From positions 131,736,426 through 131,800,425 of the forward strand of contig NC_068981.1 in assembly GCF_001194135.2 (NCBI RefSeq): a DNA stretch of 64,000 nt, in the 5' to 3' direction. Every line of letters begins with the position of its first letter. Positions within the stretch are counted from its first letter, which is position 1. The position numbers and the translations under genes are program-made. The notes under the pieces are model-generated. The model did not search any database and had not been told where the DNA came from. It saw only the letters and a list, made by a program, of their open reading frames with translations. Origin of the DNA: Octopus bimaculoides. Its lineage: Eukaryota. Below, one piece after another: positions 1 through 12,951 of this stretch.

Positions 1-3000
1 GTCATTGGCTCAGCACCTATGTTTATGTTCTTCATTCCAAAATAATAAAAACTTTCGTGTCGACTTTCCTCTCCTCACCCTTTTGGAAAATATTTTCTCC
101 ACAAATTTCTTTATAATCGCAATCTATGCTGTTTGAAAAGTGTTTCTGTAAAATTTCGTCAATATATATCCATTTTCCTGAAAGTTATGAGGGAAAAATC
201 GGATCTTGTGAATTTTCCGAAAGTCCTCTACCACGTTCGCTTGCACCAATTTTTTTTTTTTTTTCATATTCGTTTTCTACAGTTTTTAACACCCAGCAGG
301 CTGATCTTTTTTTTTTTTTTCGTTAACGGGAGTCAATCTTTATATCAACCGAAAAAAGGTGTGTCTATATTTCCAGGTTCCTAAGAAAGTAAAAGTTTCT
401 ACTTGTTAAAAGTGTCTTCCAAGCCAAAAATTGAAAGTATTTTCTGCAAAATGAACTTAGGAATGAAAGTAAAATGGTGAAATAAAATATTCAGTCTGAC
501 GCTATCATTGAAGTTGGAACCATCAAACATTTTGGCTACATATTTAATTTACATGAGTAAAACAGCTATTAACATCCGATACACCAAAGTGTATCGAATA
601 TTTATAGAAGAGAGAACAACTTACAGCAAATACATGAAACAATTATTATTCAGAAAAATTCATTTCAGTCACCAACATTTATTTTGCTTTCACTTTATAT
701 TTGATTTTCTTTTAGCTTTTTTAAAGTTCCAAGCATTAAATGTTTCCATCGACTTACTGTCATCCAAAGCTCGATCATTATTCCAGTCATCTAACTGTAT
801 TTTCCTTAGGTTCCAATCTTTCTACATGCCCTACAAAGAAGACGTGGCATTTAACTACATTAAAAAATTTCCTGGAGACAATATAAACTGTAAAGTTGAG
901 AGATTTGTAGCATTTCTCTGCAAGGCTTTGGTTCGATACAGTACTTTGTTCATAAGTGTTCTAGACTGCGATTGATTTAAACTTGCAAGTACTCGAGAAG
1001 TAACCTCTGCGTATAATGTTATTTAATCAAAGTTAAGTTCTCTCCCGAGCCTGGCCCATTTGGCCAGAGCTTGTCCTAGTTTCTGCAAAGACTTTTCATC
1101 TAAACGGTTTTCAGATGAGAAAACAGAAGCAACATGAAATGAAATACTCTGCTCAAGAACACAACGCACCTCGCATCCCAACCCCACGATTGAACGATCG
1201 TTTAACCAAACACCCTACTACACAATGCGCCTTGACAAACCGCTTGTCATAGGATACATCACATTTTATATAGATTTTATTCTATAGTTCTAAGAATGGA
1301 AAAAAAAAATTTTAATTGCTGCAGGCTCATTAAAGTTTCTTCTAGTTTACCTTCCTTTATTTCCAGGCAGACGCAAATCACTTTCTAATTTTTTAAACGT
1401 TAATTGTGAGTCTAAAGGTTTAAAAAAATTTTTTTTTATGAGAATGGGGATAGCTGAGCGATATCTAAGTCATTAAGGTTTGCTTTTAATTGTTGCAGAT
1501 TTTTAGTTGGAATTTCTAATGTGTACGCGAATAGTGTTCTGGCGAATTATGTAATTTCTGAGGAAATAAAAGGCTTGAGTAAAATATTTCGAAGGCGATG
1601 TGAGAAAGAACAATAGCAGGGAGAAAGAATAGTAGGTGCAGCGTCGATAGGATAAACAAAAATATACATAATTGTAGTGTTAATATTGAATATCCTTCTG
1701 ATCAAAAGAGGAAAAGAACAGTGATGTACAACTAAGTAAAAGGATTTAAGTTTGTCTGCTTGGATCCCTTACACGAATAACTATGTGAATCAGAATATGA
1801 AAAATAACATTTAAATAGGATTGTACATGATTATAATTAGTACACTCAGTTGTTTTTATATTCTAGGTCTTTCCAATCCATTTACTCAACAAATAGAATG
1901 TATACCATTTCATTACAGCGAGAGAAAATTAAAAGCTTTGATCTATTATTCGCTTAACGACCCGCTACTCTTGCGGTAGAGTAGAGTTGGCGCAGCATGC
2001 AAATACAACTTAACTGAACGGAGTAAATTTCAGATATGTGATGTTGGTCTTTAATACATTTATATGTGAGTATCTTTCCCATTTATACAAGCTTTTCCCC
2101 GTCAAATATATATTTTTGTTCACATTAGCATCATTTAGGGATCAAGCAGATGTCAGAAATGCTAACCATAAATATATCTTAAGAAGTCAAAGATAAAACA
2201 CTTGTTTTTACCTTGGAAATATCTTCAGTTTAAAAGTTGTTGACTTGCTGTCTTATTACTAGAAAATATAATTTAATTATTAACATAACATTTGTTTAAT
2301 TGGTATTTTGCTATTTCCTAACATAGTATCTATCACATCGCATTCCAATGTCCTTCTTTTCAACAGCTGAAGTAAAATCTGTTTTCACCGTTTACTATAT
2401 CCACACACTAATTAGTTTAGGTGTGAGTATATTTATATATATATATATATATATNNNNNNNNNNGTGTGTTATATTAAATCATATTTGTATTATATTATA
2501 AATAGCTTGTGTTGCCTTCATAAGCAGTTTTTCGTAGATGTTGCTACTGAAATTATATGATTTTCCATAAGACTACATTTCCTTAACTAGTTTAGGTGAA
2601 ATGCATTATTATGAGAGTAAAGGAATTCTGCTTGCGGTTTCAATCTTAGTTATTTTCTTCTAAAATGAAAATTAATAACAATACCAAAACAAATTCTAAC
2701 CAATCTTTGTGAACCTCTGATCTTGCACGTGTAATAATATGAAACATTTCTGCAGTAATATTCTCTGATGAATTGATAGTTACTAGCTCATAATTTGATG
2801 TATATTTTTAATGTGATACATCTAATATGTTTGTAATTGTTTAATCAAGTGCTTCGTATAATTCCCCAGATACCTTATAGATAAGTTATTTACTAAGTTG
2901 TTAACCCATGAGTTAAAGGATTAACTTGTACAATTGTTTAATATTGTGTTCTTACTTCTTAATAGCCGTCAGTAAAAGTTTCTTTTTTTTTTTTTTTCTT

Positions 3001-4314
3001 TATGGGTAGGCTTGGGTATCGTTCCTGTCCACATATTTATCTATCGACTGTAGAAGTTTAAAAATCTATGTGGTTATAGCTGGATCTACTCTTAGAACTA
3101 AAACCTCCTTAGTCTAAGATTGATTATTTAAGCTGCTTTTTGGCGTGTACTATACACTTGTATTTGTGTGAGAGAAAGAGACAGTTGCAGTTGCTGACTA
3201 AATTATAAGATGAAGTTTTGTTACAATTATCAAATCAAAAAACTTGATCTTGTCTCAACTTCATAGTTGACTAAGTACCATGTGGAAAGGCAGTAAGTTA
3301 CAAAAGTAATTCATAGGCAAATATCCGTGGTTATATAGAGATGGTACCTCCTAAATCATGGCCGTGTTCGATCTGTAGTGAGAGAGTCAGTGTGTTGAAA
3401 TTCACTCATGAAATTAATGGTTAGCGACTATAACGGAACTGTTAATTTGTATGCCCTGCAAATTAGGTGTTAACAGTGCTGGAGATTGATATTAGCGATG
3501 TAGTACCCAAAGACACCAGTTAGAAAAGGTTTAAAATATTGTTTTTATTGGCAACATAGCTCGGTTTCCCTCAACATTGACGGTTGTGGATATCATCTAG
3601 TAAAGAATAAATTTCATTATGGTTTGGTGATAGTGCAGTGTAAATTTCTGTGAGAGTTAACGTGCAGGTGGGTTGAGAAAATAAAAATGTCAATCATTGC
3701 ATGCCGAAAAATGAATTTATTGATGTAAACATTAGCTGATGCATACTAGATGAAGAGTAACCATATTGACAGTTAAGCTTTATGAGGTTGGTATGTACTA
3801 AAAAATAACCAGAAATATTAAATCTCACCTATGCTAAACTTAACGTGTCAAAATATATGGAAATCTGATCCACTGCAAACTTATTCGATTCTTACTATAA
3901 TTAAAAAATAAATAAATAAAAATATGATGGTGTCATATTAAGAGACATCACATTAACATCAATATTTTTTATGACCATATCTTTAACTTTTTCATTGTTG
4001 CGGTGTGCATGTTTTCATGCTGGACTGGATGGGTTCTGTTTTTTTATACGTCTAAGAACCAACACGTTATCTGACTAGCCATTCTATCAGAAGTCACCCA
4101 TGATCTTCCATTACCACAGATTCTAGTATTTTTTAAATCCGGCATGTTTTACTCATTGACATTACAAATCCACATCAACAGAGATGGTTCGCCTGCGCTC
4201 TCTGTCCCCTATATTTGATGTTTAGTTATTTCCTTAACTATGTATGTTGTCTGCAGTCTTTCTCATAGGTTAGCATTGTACATCTTCTCCAGTCACTGGA
4301 GATCTTTGACATAG

Positions 4315-4610
4315 GCACAGGCATGGATGTGTTGTAAGAGGTTACCTTTGCAACCACATGGTCTTGGGTTCAGTCCCTTTGTGCAGCACCTCAGGCAAGT
4401 GTCTTCTATTACAACGTTTGGCCAATCTAAGCTTTGTGGGTAGATCTGGTAGACAGGAACTGAAAGAATCCCTTTGTGTGTGTGTCTGTCTGTCTTCGTG
4501 CTTGCTTTCCCCCACCCATCGCTGGACAGCTGGTGTTGGTTTGTTTACATCCCCATACTTTAACAGTTTAGCAACAGAGACTGACAGAATAAGTACTGGG
4601 CTTACCACTG
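4315..4610 (+). mobile_element. tRNA-headed SINE family A (microsatellite-containing), diverged copy
   Basis: Matches the younger copies at 32615-33115 and 44630-45020 (ggcatggctgtgtggtaag...ggttcagtccc...aactgaaagaa). Confidence 0.8.
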
Positions 4611-4616
4611 TGTGTG

Positions 4617-4652
<36 letters not shown>

Positions 4653-4656
4653 GAAT

Positions 4657-5058
4657 AGACATGGCTGTGTAGTAAGAAGTTTGCTTCCCAAACACATGGT
4701 TCTAGGTTCAGTTCCATTGCATGACACCTTGAGCTAGTATCCTCTACAATAGCTCTGGACCAACGCAAAGCACGAAGACAGACAGACACACACACAAAGG
4801 GATTCTTTCAGTTCCTGTCTACCAGATCTACCCACAAAGCTTAGATTGGCCAAACGTTGTAATAGAAGACACTTGCCTGAGGTGCTGCACAAAGGGAAAC
4901 TTAAAGAAGCCCATTGTATATATACCTATGTACGTGTCTTTGTGTTTGTCCCCCACCACCGCTTGACAAAAGTACTGGGATCAATTTGTTTCATTTAAAC
5001 TCTTGAAGTAGGTGCCCCAGCATGGCTGCAGTCTAATGACTGAAGCAGATAAAAGATG
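4657..5058 (+). mobile_element. SINE family A copy interrupted by an inverted 130-bp templated segment
   Basis: Head at 4657-4767, tail resumes at 4898; 4768-4897 is the exact reverse complement of 4374-4503. Confidence 0.8.
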
Positions 5059-5860
5059 TATATTTCCCTTACATGCATAAACCCATAAATGCTCTCTACC
5101 TATGCAGTTATCACAAGGCAGTCTCTACAAGATTGTTTGACCTGCTATAAATAGCAGCTAAATCTTTCACATCATCTCTTACATCTTTTTTTATAAAAAT
5201 TGACCCAACTGGATTATTTAATCTGAAAACTCATTTGTGAGTGAGCAACAAGACAGGTTGTCATGGCTGGCTAGAATGTCTTTGACAACCAGTCTGCTTG
5301 ATTACAGCTGATTTGGAGTGATACAACACGTGCAAGACTGATGAACATGAGTTCAAACCTTATTTATATTGTCCTACTTTCTTCAGTTTACCTAAGTAGT
5401 ACTCACACTTCATCATCATCATTTAGCATCCATTTTCCATGCTAGCATGGATAAGATGGTTTGACTGGAACTGGTTAACTGGAGATCTACACATCTGTTT
5501 TGGCTTGGTTTCTACAGCTGGATGCCTTTCCTAACACCAACCACTCCATAGAGTGTACTGGGTGTCTTTTTTGTGTCACTGGCACAGGTGCCTTTTACAT
5601 GTCACTGGCACCTCTTACATGTCAGCAGCACAGGTGCCTTTTATGTGTTACCAGCATGGGTGCTTCACACATGTCACCAACTCATGATTTCTTGTTAAAG
5701 TCATCACATTTTTAAGATTTAACACTTAATGTATGTTCTGAGATTTAGCAACTAATGTATGTTCTAAGATTTAGCAACTAATGTATGTGGTTACTGTTTT
5801 AACTCTTTCGATACTAACCTGTCTATGGTTGTTCCTTTTTTATGATAAAAACTTCTTGCT

Positions 5861-6088
5861 TTAACCCTTTAGCATTTAAATAGGCCATATCTGGCCCAAA
5901 TATTCTCCCTGTTTTATATTCAAACTGACCAGGCCTGACCTCTTATGCATATTCCACAATGCCATTCTGAAAATAAACAATCACATCATCGAAATCTCAA
6001 AGCCACAAGATTTCAGATGATTATTTCAAAACAATATAAATAAATAAGTATTTAATTTGACAGAGTAATCTCAATGCTAAAGGGTTAA
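5861..6088. mobile_element. piggyBac-like MITE (TTAA TSD, CCCTTTAGCATT TIR) nested in a second TTAA-type MITE (about 5799-6226)
   Basis: TTAA|CCCTTTAGCATT ... AATGCTAAAGGG|TTAA; homologous copies at 45394-45621 and 47309-47536. Confidence 0.85.
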
Positions 6089-7284
6089 AGTCATCTGAAT
6101 TAAAGCCTTCTATTAAAAATTCATGTTGATTTAAACACTAGCTTAATAATGATGAATTTATTTTACTGAATTCTTCAATATTTTCCAAATTAATTGAATC
6201 AAGAAACATGGTAACAAGATATTTAAAGAAGGAAGATAGTCTAAAGAGGGCTACCTACTTCATTTTGCAGCTCAGTTAGTTCCCTAATTAATTATGGTTT
6301 TACTACTGACTAGCTGAGAGATAAATCTCCTGGGAAGGATTATCACAAATAATTAATACCTAATCTTACCCCAGAGTAAATTATGACAACAAATACCAAA
6401 ACACCTGTATTTTCAGATGTTGTCTTTTAACAGAGAATGAAAATATGGAGGTGTTGTTGGTCTGGCCATAGGCTGTGAATGAGGCAGCATCTTTGTATTT
6501 GCTCTTTATTGGAAAGTAAAATCCCCAAAATTTAGACTTTCTACTGCTCATCGTAACTAAATTTATTAGTATTTTTAACTATGGTAACCGCAATAATTAT
6601 CAATTCAGTCATAAATATGATAGATATTTTTATGAAATGAAATGATAGATATTAGACAATTATCAGAATGACTATGTAGAATGTTAATAAATTTGGTTAC
6701 TGTGAGGAGTAGAAGATCTAACATTTCAGAATTTTGCTCTTCAATGGAGAGAAGAAACATAAAGGTATTGTTGGCTTCATTCACCTCCTATAGCCAGTCC
6801 AACAACACTTTCATATTTTTCTACTCTGTTGATGGGTAAGATTCCAAAATGTTAAACTTTCCATTTCTCATGGCAACTTTTTAATACTCTTTCAGCTCAC
6901 TCATTAGTATTCATATTACTCTGTCAAATACAATTTTTATTGTTGTGAATTAACCATGTATTATCTTGTAGTTTTACAGATGTGTAAATATTTAATCATC
7001 TTTTAATGAGAAACATTCTTTTAGGCATGTGGAAGGTAAACATTCTTTTACTTTCCACACAAGTGAAAGGTAAATGTTTTAATCATATTTAGTATAATAG
7101 TTCACATGTCTGAATATAAATCATAATTGTGTTAATTTTCAACTTACTGAAGTCAATAAAGGAAATGTTTTAGGGCTGATCAGTCAACATTACAAAAAGG
7201 TTTCTTACCCAAGTAATAAATGAAAGATTTTGTAATGACAACCATCCTTTAACTGTTTTACTTTTTTTGGTTTTCTAGTGTACA

Positions 7285-7545
7285 ATGGCAGAATGTGATG
7301 AGCTAAGTAATAGCAACATGTCAGGTTTACCTGTAAATGATGCTCAAGGTGAACTGGCCAAACAAGCCTGGCAGGAATTTAATAAACAACAATATGACAA
7401 CTGTATCAATATACTAAATAAATTATTGGTCAACCGGTCTAAGGACTCAAAAGTTACTCACAACAAAGCAGTAGCAGAATTCTATCAGTCCAAGTTTACC
7501 AAAGTCTCAGAATTTAAACATGGTCTTGCCTCAGTTTGCCAACTT
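7285..7545 (+). CDS. CNOT10: CNOT10 coding exon 1 (MAECDEL...ASVCQL)
   Basis: Acceptor ttttctAG at 7277-7278 lies 6 nt before the ATG, so an upstream non-coding exon is implied. Donor GTAAGT at 7546; phase 0. Confidence 0.93.
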
Positions 7546-10500
7546 GTAAGTTGTTTTTGTTTTAATTTTATACATTACTTTCTTATTGGTGTTGAAAATT
7601 AAAATGTGTGTCATCCTTAATGAAGACTTCATCTTCATGTAATAAGGAAAGAACTCATCCTCCAAACTATTGGTGATAGCTAGAAATCACAAGAATAAGG
7701 ATTAATTGAAGTGAAACAGCTCAACTGGGAGCACACTTTTATCATTCTTAACTCATTGACTTCTTTCAACAAAACATTAATTTCGTTCATATATATTTTC
7801 TTTCCTGTTATGCCATGTCAAATCAGTGATTTATATTACTGAAAAATATATATTTAACATCATATGTCCATCAAGGTTGTTTATTCAGAATACATTATAT
7901 TGTCAACAGCCTCATATGTAGATGACATCACAGTCACATCTTCCCAACCAGATACAATTGTACAACTTCTCTAATTGAATATCAACTCCCAAGAAATCTG
8001 GTTCCAAAACAACAGACATACAGTAGCACCTGCTAAATCCAGTCTCCTTCCTTACTATAACACAAGGAAACATTTCATACAACCAACCAACCTTCATACA
8101 TAACAACATAAAATATACTACACATGTACAGAAAGTAAAAGTATAAAACCTCTATAACATATGAATGTGGTAGAGGTATTATATATATTGTATGTAATTC
8201 CTACTAATAGAAGCATCATCAATAGCTTCGTTAGCTCCAGATATTGTGCTGGGATACACAGCACCAATAATAAGTTCAGAGCAGCATCAGTCTTCATATT
8301 AAGTTCATCTTGGTTGTCTTGATTGTAACCACTACCAGAATCTATAACCTGGACCGAAAGAATACAACATGCTCAGAATGTGTGGTGTAGTCCTCACCTG
8401 GACAGAGGTATGGCATATGAAGTGATATAGCTGTATGCATTGCATTTAATCATTCAGCTGATACCTTGCATGTTAGAGGTATACTTGGTCAACACTAACA
8501 TGGAGCTAACATCCAACACCACTTCATGAATTATCACCATTATTTTATGAAATCTTTATCATCATTACCATACAGTATACCTTTTATTGTCTTAGTATAT
8601 CACCAACACTTGTCATACTATTTCAATAAGTCATGGACATTTATAACATTGTAGTTCTATTTTGTATCAGATTAAGCAAAATATTGGTGTGCTCACCAAT
8701 TTTATGCTATCAAACACTTCTACTGTCAAACATTATTCAAGCAGGTCAATCACCAAATGCTTTATATGCAGTTGCTATACATAAAGAGCCATCTTGATTG
8801 AGGAGTAGTGAGTAAATGGGTAGGAGAATAGTAAAAGGTTAGCTGTAGATACTCTTTTGATCATGGACTAGATGGCTCAGTAGAAGTTTAGAAGGCAAAG
8901 TGGATTGGCAGGTTGTGTGGTACACAAACACACTGTTTTTCATATGATGCAGTGATGGGTAAACATCCAGTTAGTGATGATGGGAGACTTCCTCTAGATG
9001 TTGTAAACAGTATTCTTAAACTATACAGCTGTGAACGACCTAGTTGATATTTTTAATTAGAGTAGGCATGTGGGTTAGTGGTCAAGGTAGTCAACTCATG
9101 ATCATAAGATCATAAGTTCAATTCCCAGTGGTGTGTTGTGTCCTTCAGCAAGAGCCTTTATTTCCTGTTGCTCCAGTCCACTCAGTACCTGTATTTCAAA
9201 AGACCAGCGTTGCTACATTCTCTGTCATGCTGAATCTCCCTCAGAACGAAATTAAGGGAACGTATGTCTTTGGAGTGCTCAGCCACTTTCACGTTAATTT
9301 TATGAGCAGGCTGTTCCATGCTGATCAGATCAACTGAAACTCTTGTCATAACCGACTGAGTGCTAATAATTAGAAATTCCACCCAGAAAGTAAAAAAGGA
9401 AGTGAAAATATTTTGGGAAAAAAACCAGCTTTAATTTTTTTATATTCCAATATCAAGCTGACTTATGTAACTTGAGTAAATGTTATATTACTATAACAAC
9501 ACTCTTTTCTTTCAGGAACACATCAATATAGATAACCTCAATAATTTAGATGATGTTGACCACAGTGCTGTTCTTTACAACCAAGCTGTTGTACTTTATC
9601 ATCACAGACAGTATAAAGCAGCATTGTCCATCATGGACAAACTGTTTCATTTTGTTGAACCTATTGGTATGTATCAGTCTTTAACTAAATTATTGATGAT
9701 GATTGTCAAAATAATGATGGTAGGGTATCAGTATTGAAGATAATTATATTGCGCTAGCATTGAAATTAACTAATCATAGTAAGATTGCACTTACAAATAT
9801 AGTTATTTTAGTCTTAGTGACTAACATAGTCATTTCTCTACTGACTCCTAAATGTGTTATAAAGTTGATTTAAATGGATCTATTTTCTTTGTTTGAGATA
9901 AGGTCCAAGGGATTGAGCTAACCTGGGGCAAAGGGTCCAGTCAAGGTATGTACACTCCTAGGCAAGGTTTTTTGAAGGAAGACTGGCAGTTGTCCATGCA
10001 AGCAAGTCTGCTCTCTCCACACCACTGATGTTATCCAAGGGAAGTGCAGCTGCCTTAGGGCTGACACAGCTTGGCATAAGTGACATTGCAAGCATTATTA
10101 TCAGAACACAGTGCCAGTACTTATACCTCAAGGCATCTTGCCCAATACTCTAAAAGTTCTGCTAATCCACCACCCTGGATTAGAACTCTTTTGTGTGTGT
10201 GTGTATATATATATATGTGTATATATACGCAAGGTCTGATCAATAAGTATCCGGAGTGTTGCCATAGTAACGAGGCTAAAGTGTGCAGAGTAAAGCCACT
10301 TGCCACAGATTGACCTTGAACTCTGCTGTGCATGTGCACTAAATTTTAATATTCTCACTTCCACTGTTTACAGCAGTGCATGGAGGGAAGGTGTGTAGTG
10401 TGTGATTGTCACATTGACCATGACAAAGAAAGTTGTCATGGTGATACCTGCTCAGAGGCCTATGCAAAGTTGCAGAAAGTGCATGGAGAGGAGTGTATGA

Positions 10501-12910
10501 GCTGCACACAAGTGTATGAGTGGTTCAGACGTTTCCAAGATGGCCGAAAAAATGTTGATATTGATGAACGTTCTGGGAGACCCATAACTAGCAGAACTGA
10601 GAAAAACATCACAACTGTGCATGCAGCTGTGAGGGGAAATCATCAAATCACCATCCATGAGTTAGCAGAGGATGTGCAGATTAGTTACGGTTCAGTTCAG
10701 TCCATTATCAATGAAGATTTGGGTATGAGACGCGTGTCTGCCAAGTTTGTGCAAAAACTGCTTTCAGCTGACCAAAAAGACCCTCGGGTTTCAGTTGCTC
10801 AAAATCTCCTTGATTGTGTCAAGAAATGGGAAAACTTTGTGTGTGCTTCTGAGCAGGTATTGCCAAGCTTTTGGCAAAATTTGATGCAGATTTTCTGCTC
10901 AGCCTTCTCTGTCATGGTCAATGTGATGATCACATGCTACACACCTTCCTTCCAAGCACTGCTGTAAACAGTGGCAGTGAGCTAGAACATTAAAACTTAG
11001 TGTGCATGCACAGCAGAGTTCAAGGTCAATCTGTGCTAAGCAACTTCACTCTACCTGCTTTTGCTTTGTTACTATGGCAACAGACCGGATGCTTATTGAT
11101 TAGACCTTGTACATACGAAAATTAAATGCTTAGGAATAAATTTTTAAAACTAATGTGTAACAACAAAAACTGTCAGACTATTGAATACTAGATTAATGAA
11201 ACTTTACTCTAAATACATAAGACAGGTTGTTGTATTTTAGGGAAATTTGGTTGCTTGATAGAAAGTGCACTAGGGGCAGCTCACTGTTACATTATTAAAA
11301 TAGGATTTTTGTTAGCATGACACCATTTTTAATACTTTCTGAACATAAGCATACATGTCCGAGACTTCTGGCAGTTTGCTATGCTTGAGAAGACATGTCA
11401 AGCTAAGTAAAAATCATGATCATCCATGCATGCAGGCATGTCCTCTATGTCCCTCTCTCAGCTGAAAATCCTAGTCTTGCAGGCTCATAGGTTCTGATAC
11501 CACATTAAAGTGCCCATGCCAGTGTCCTGTTAAAAGCACCCAGTTCATTCTGTAAAGTGGTTGGCATTAGGAAGGGCATCCAACCATAGAAACCATGCCA
11601 AAGCAGACAATTGGAACCCAAGCAGCTTTCCAGCTGGCTGATTCCTGTCAAACTGTCCAACCCATGCCAGCATGAAGAACAGATGTTAAATGATGATGGT
11701 GATGTCAATTATTGCTGCTCTTTATATAGTTTCATGTTTAAAGAGTTCAGCAAGTGGAGGCATGTGGCTTAGTGGTTAGGGTGATGGACTTATGATCATA
11801 AGATTGTGGTTTTAATTCCTGGACTAGGCAACATGCTGTGTTCTTGAGCAAAACACTTCATTTCAGATTGCTCCAGTTCACTCAGCTGGCAAAAATGAGT
11901 AATCCTGTGAAGAACTGGTGTCCTGTTCAGGATATGGGCAATATATATACCATGAAACTGAGAAACCAGCCCTTATGAGTTGGTACAATTTGAGAAGGTA
12001 ACTTTATTTTTAATTCAGTATTTGGAGTTTAGGATGCGTGAATTTTACAGTGTATTTTATTCATCAATTATCATCATCATCATCATCATCATCGTTTAAC
12101 GTCCGCTTTCCATGCTAGCATGGGTTGGACGATTTGACTGAGGACTGGTGAAACCGGATGGCTACACCAGGCTCCAATCTAATTTGGCAGAGTTTCTACA
12201 GCTGGATGCCCTTCCTAATGCCAACCACTCAGAGAGTGTAGTGGGTGCTTTTACGTGTCACCCGCACGAAAACGGCCACGCTCGAAATGGTGTCTTTTAT
12301 GTGCCACCCGCACANNNNNNNNNNNNNNNNNNNNNNNNNNNNNNNNNNNNNNNNNNNNNNNNNNNNNNNNNNNNNNNNNNNNNNNNNNNNNNNNNNNNNN
12401 NNNNNNNNNNNNNNNNNNNNNCCCGCACAAGCCAGTCCAGGGGCACTGGCAACGGCCACGCTCAAAATGGTGCATCTCATGTGCCACCCGCACAAGAGCC
12501 AGTCCAGGGGCACTGGCAACGATCTTACTTGGCTTGCCGGGTCTTCTCACGCACAGCACATTTCCAAAGGTCTCGGTCAGTAGTCATCGCCTCGGTGAGG
12601 CCCAATGTACGAAGGTCTTGCCTCACCACCTCAGCCCAGGTCTTCCTGGGCCTACCTCTTCCACGGGTTCCCTCAACTGTTAGGGTGTGGCACTTTTTCA
12701 CGCAGCTATCCTCATCCATTCTCACCACATGTCCATACCAGCGCAATCGTCTCTCTTGCACACCACAACTGATGCTTCTAATGTTATTTAACTAAACTCT
12801 CTTTTTTCCACCCATTATAATACTGGAGAAAAATCAGTGCATATCATACTCAAAATTTGCTTCAAGTAACAGAAATATATGCTAATTAGTGGTATTGAAG
12901 TTAAAATATG

Positions 12911-12951
<41 letters not shown>

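Noticed and set aside
126-975. ORFs at 126-384 and 508-975
   Set aside because: Low-complexity, F/I/K-rich translations of AT-rich DNA with no recognisable motif or splice context
1965-2005. 7-bp hairpin ctactct/agagtag and an ATGCAAAT octamer
   Set aside because: Both are short enough to be chance; no snRNA or other RNA gene body follows
10380-10967. 195-aa ORF as a functional SETMAR-like or transposase gene
   Set aside because: Lacks the DDD catalytic domain; its end is read through the inverted arm
12148-12320. Recurrent peptide [31 protein letters not shown] (also at 19818, 31000, 41179)
   Set aside because: Antisense reading of the RTE 3' UTR repeat, not a gene family
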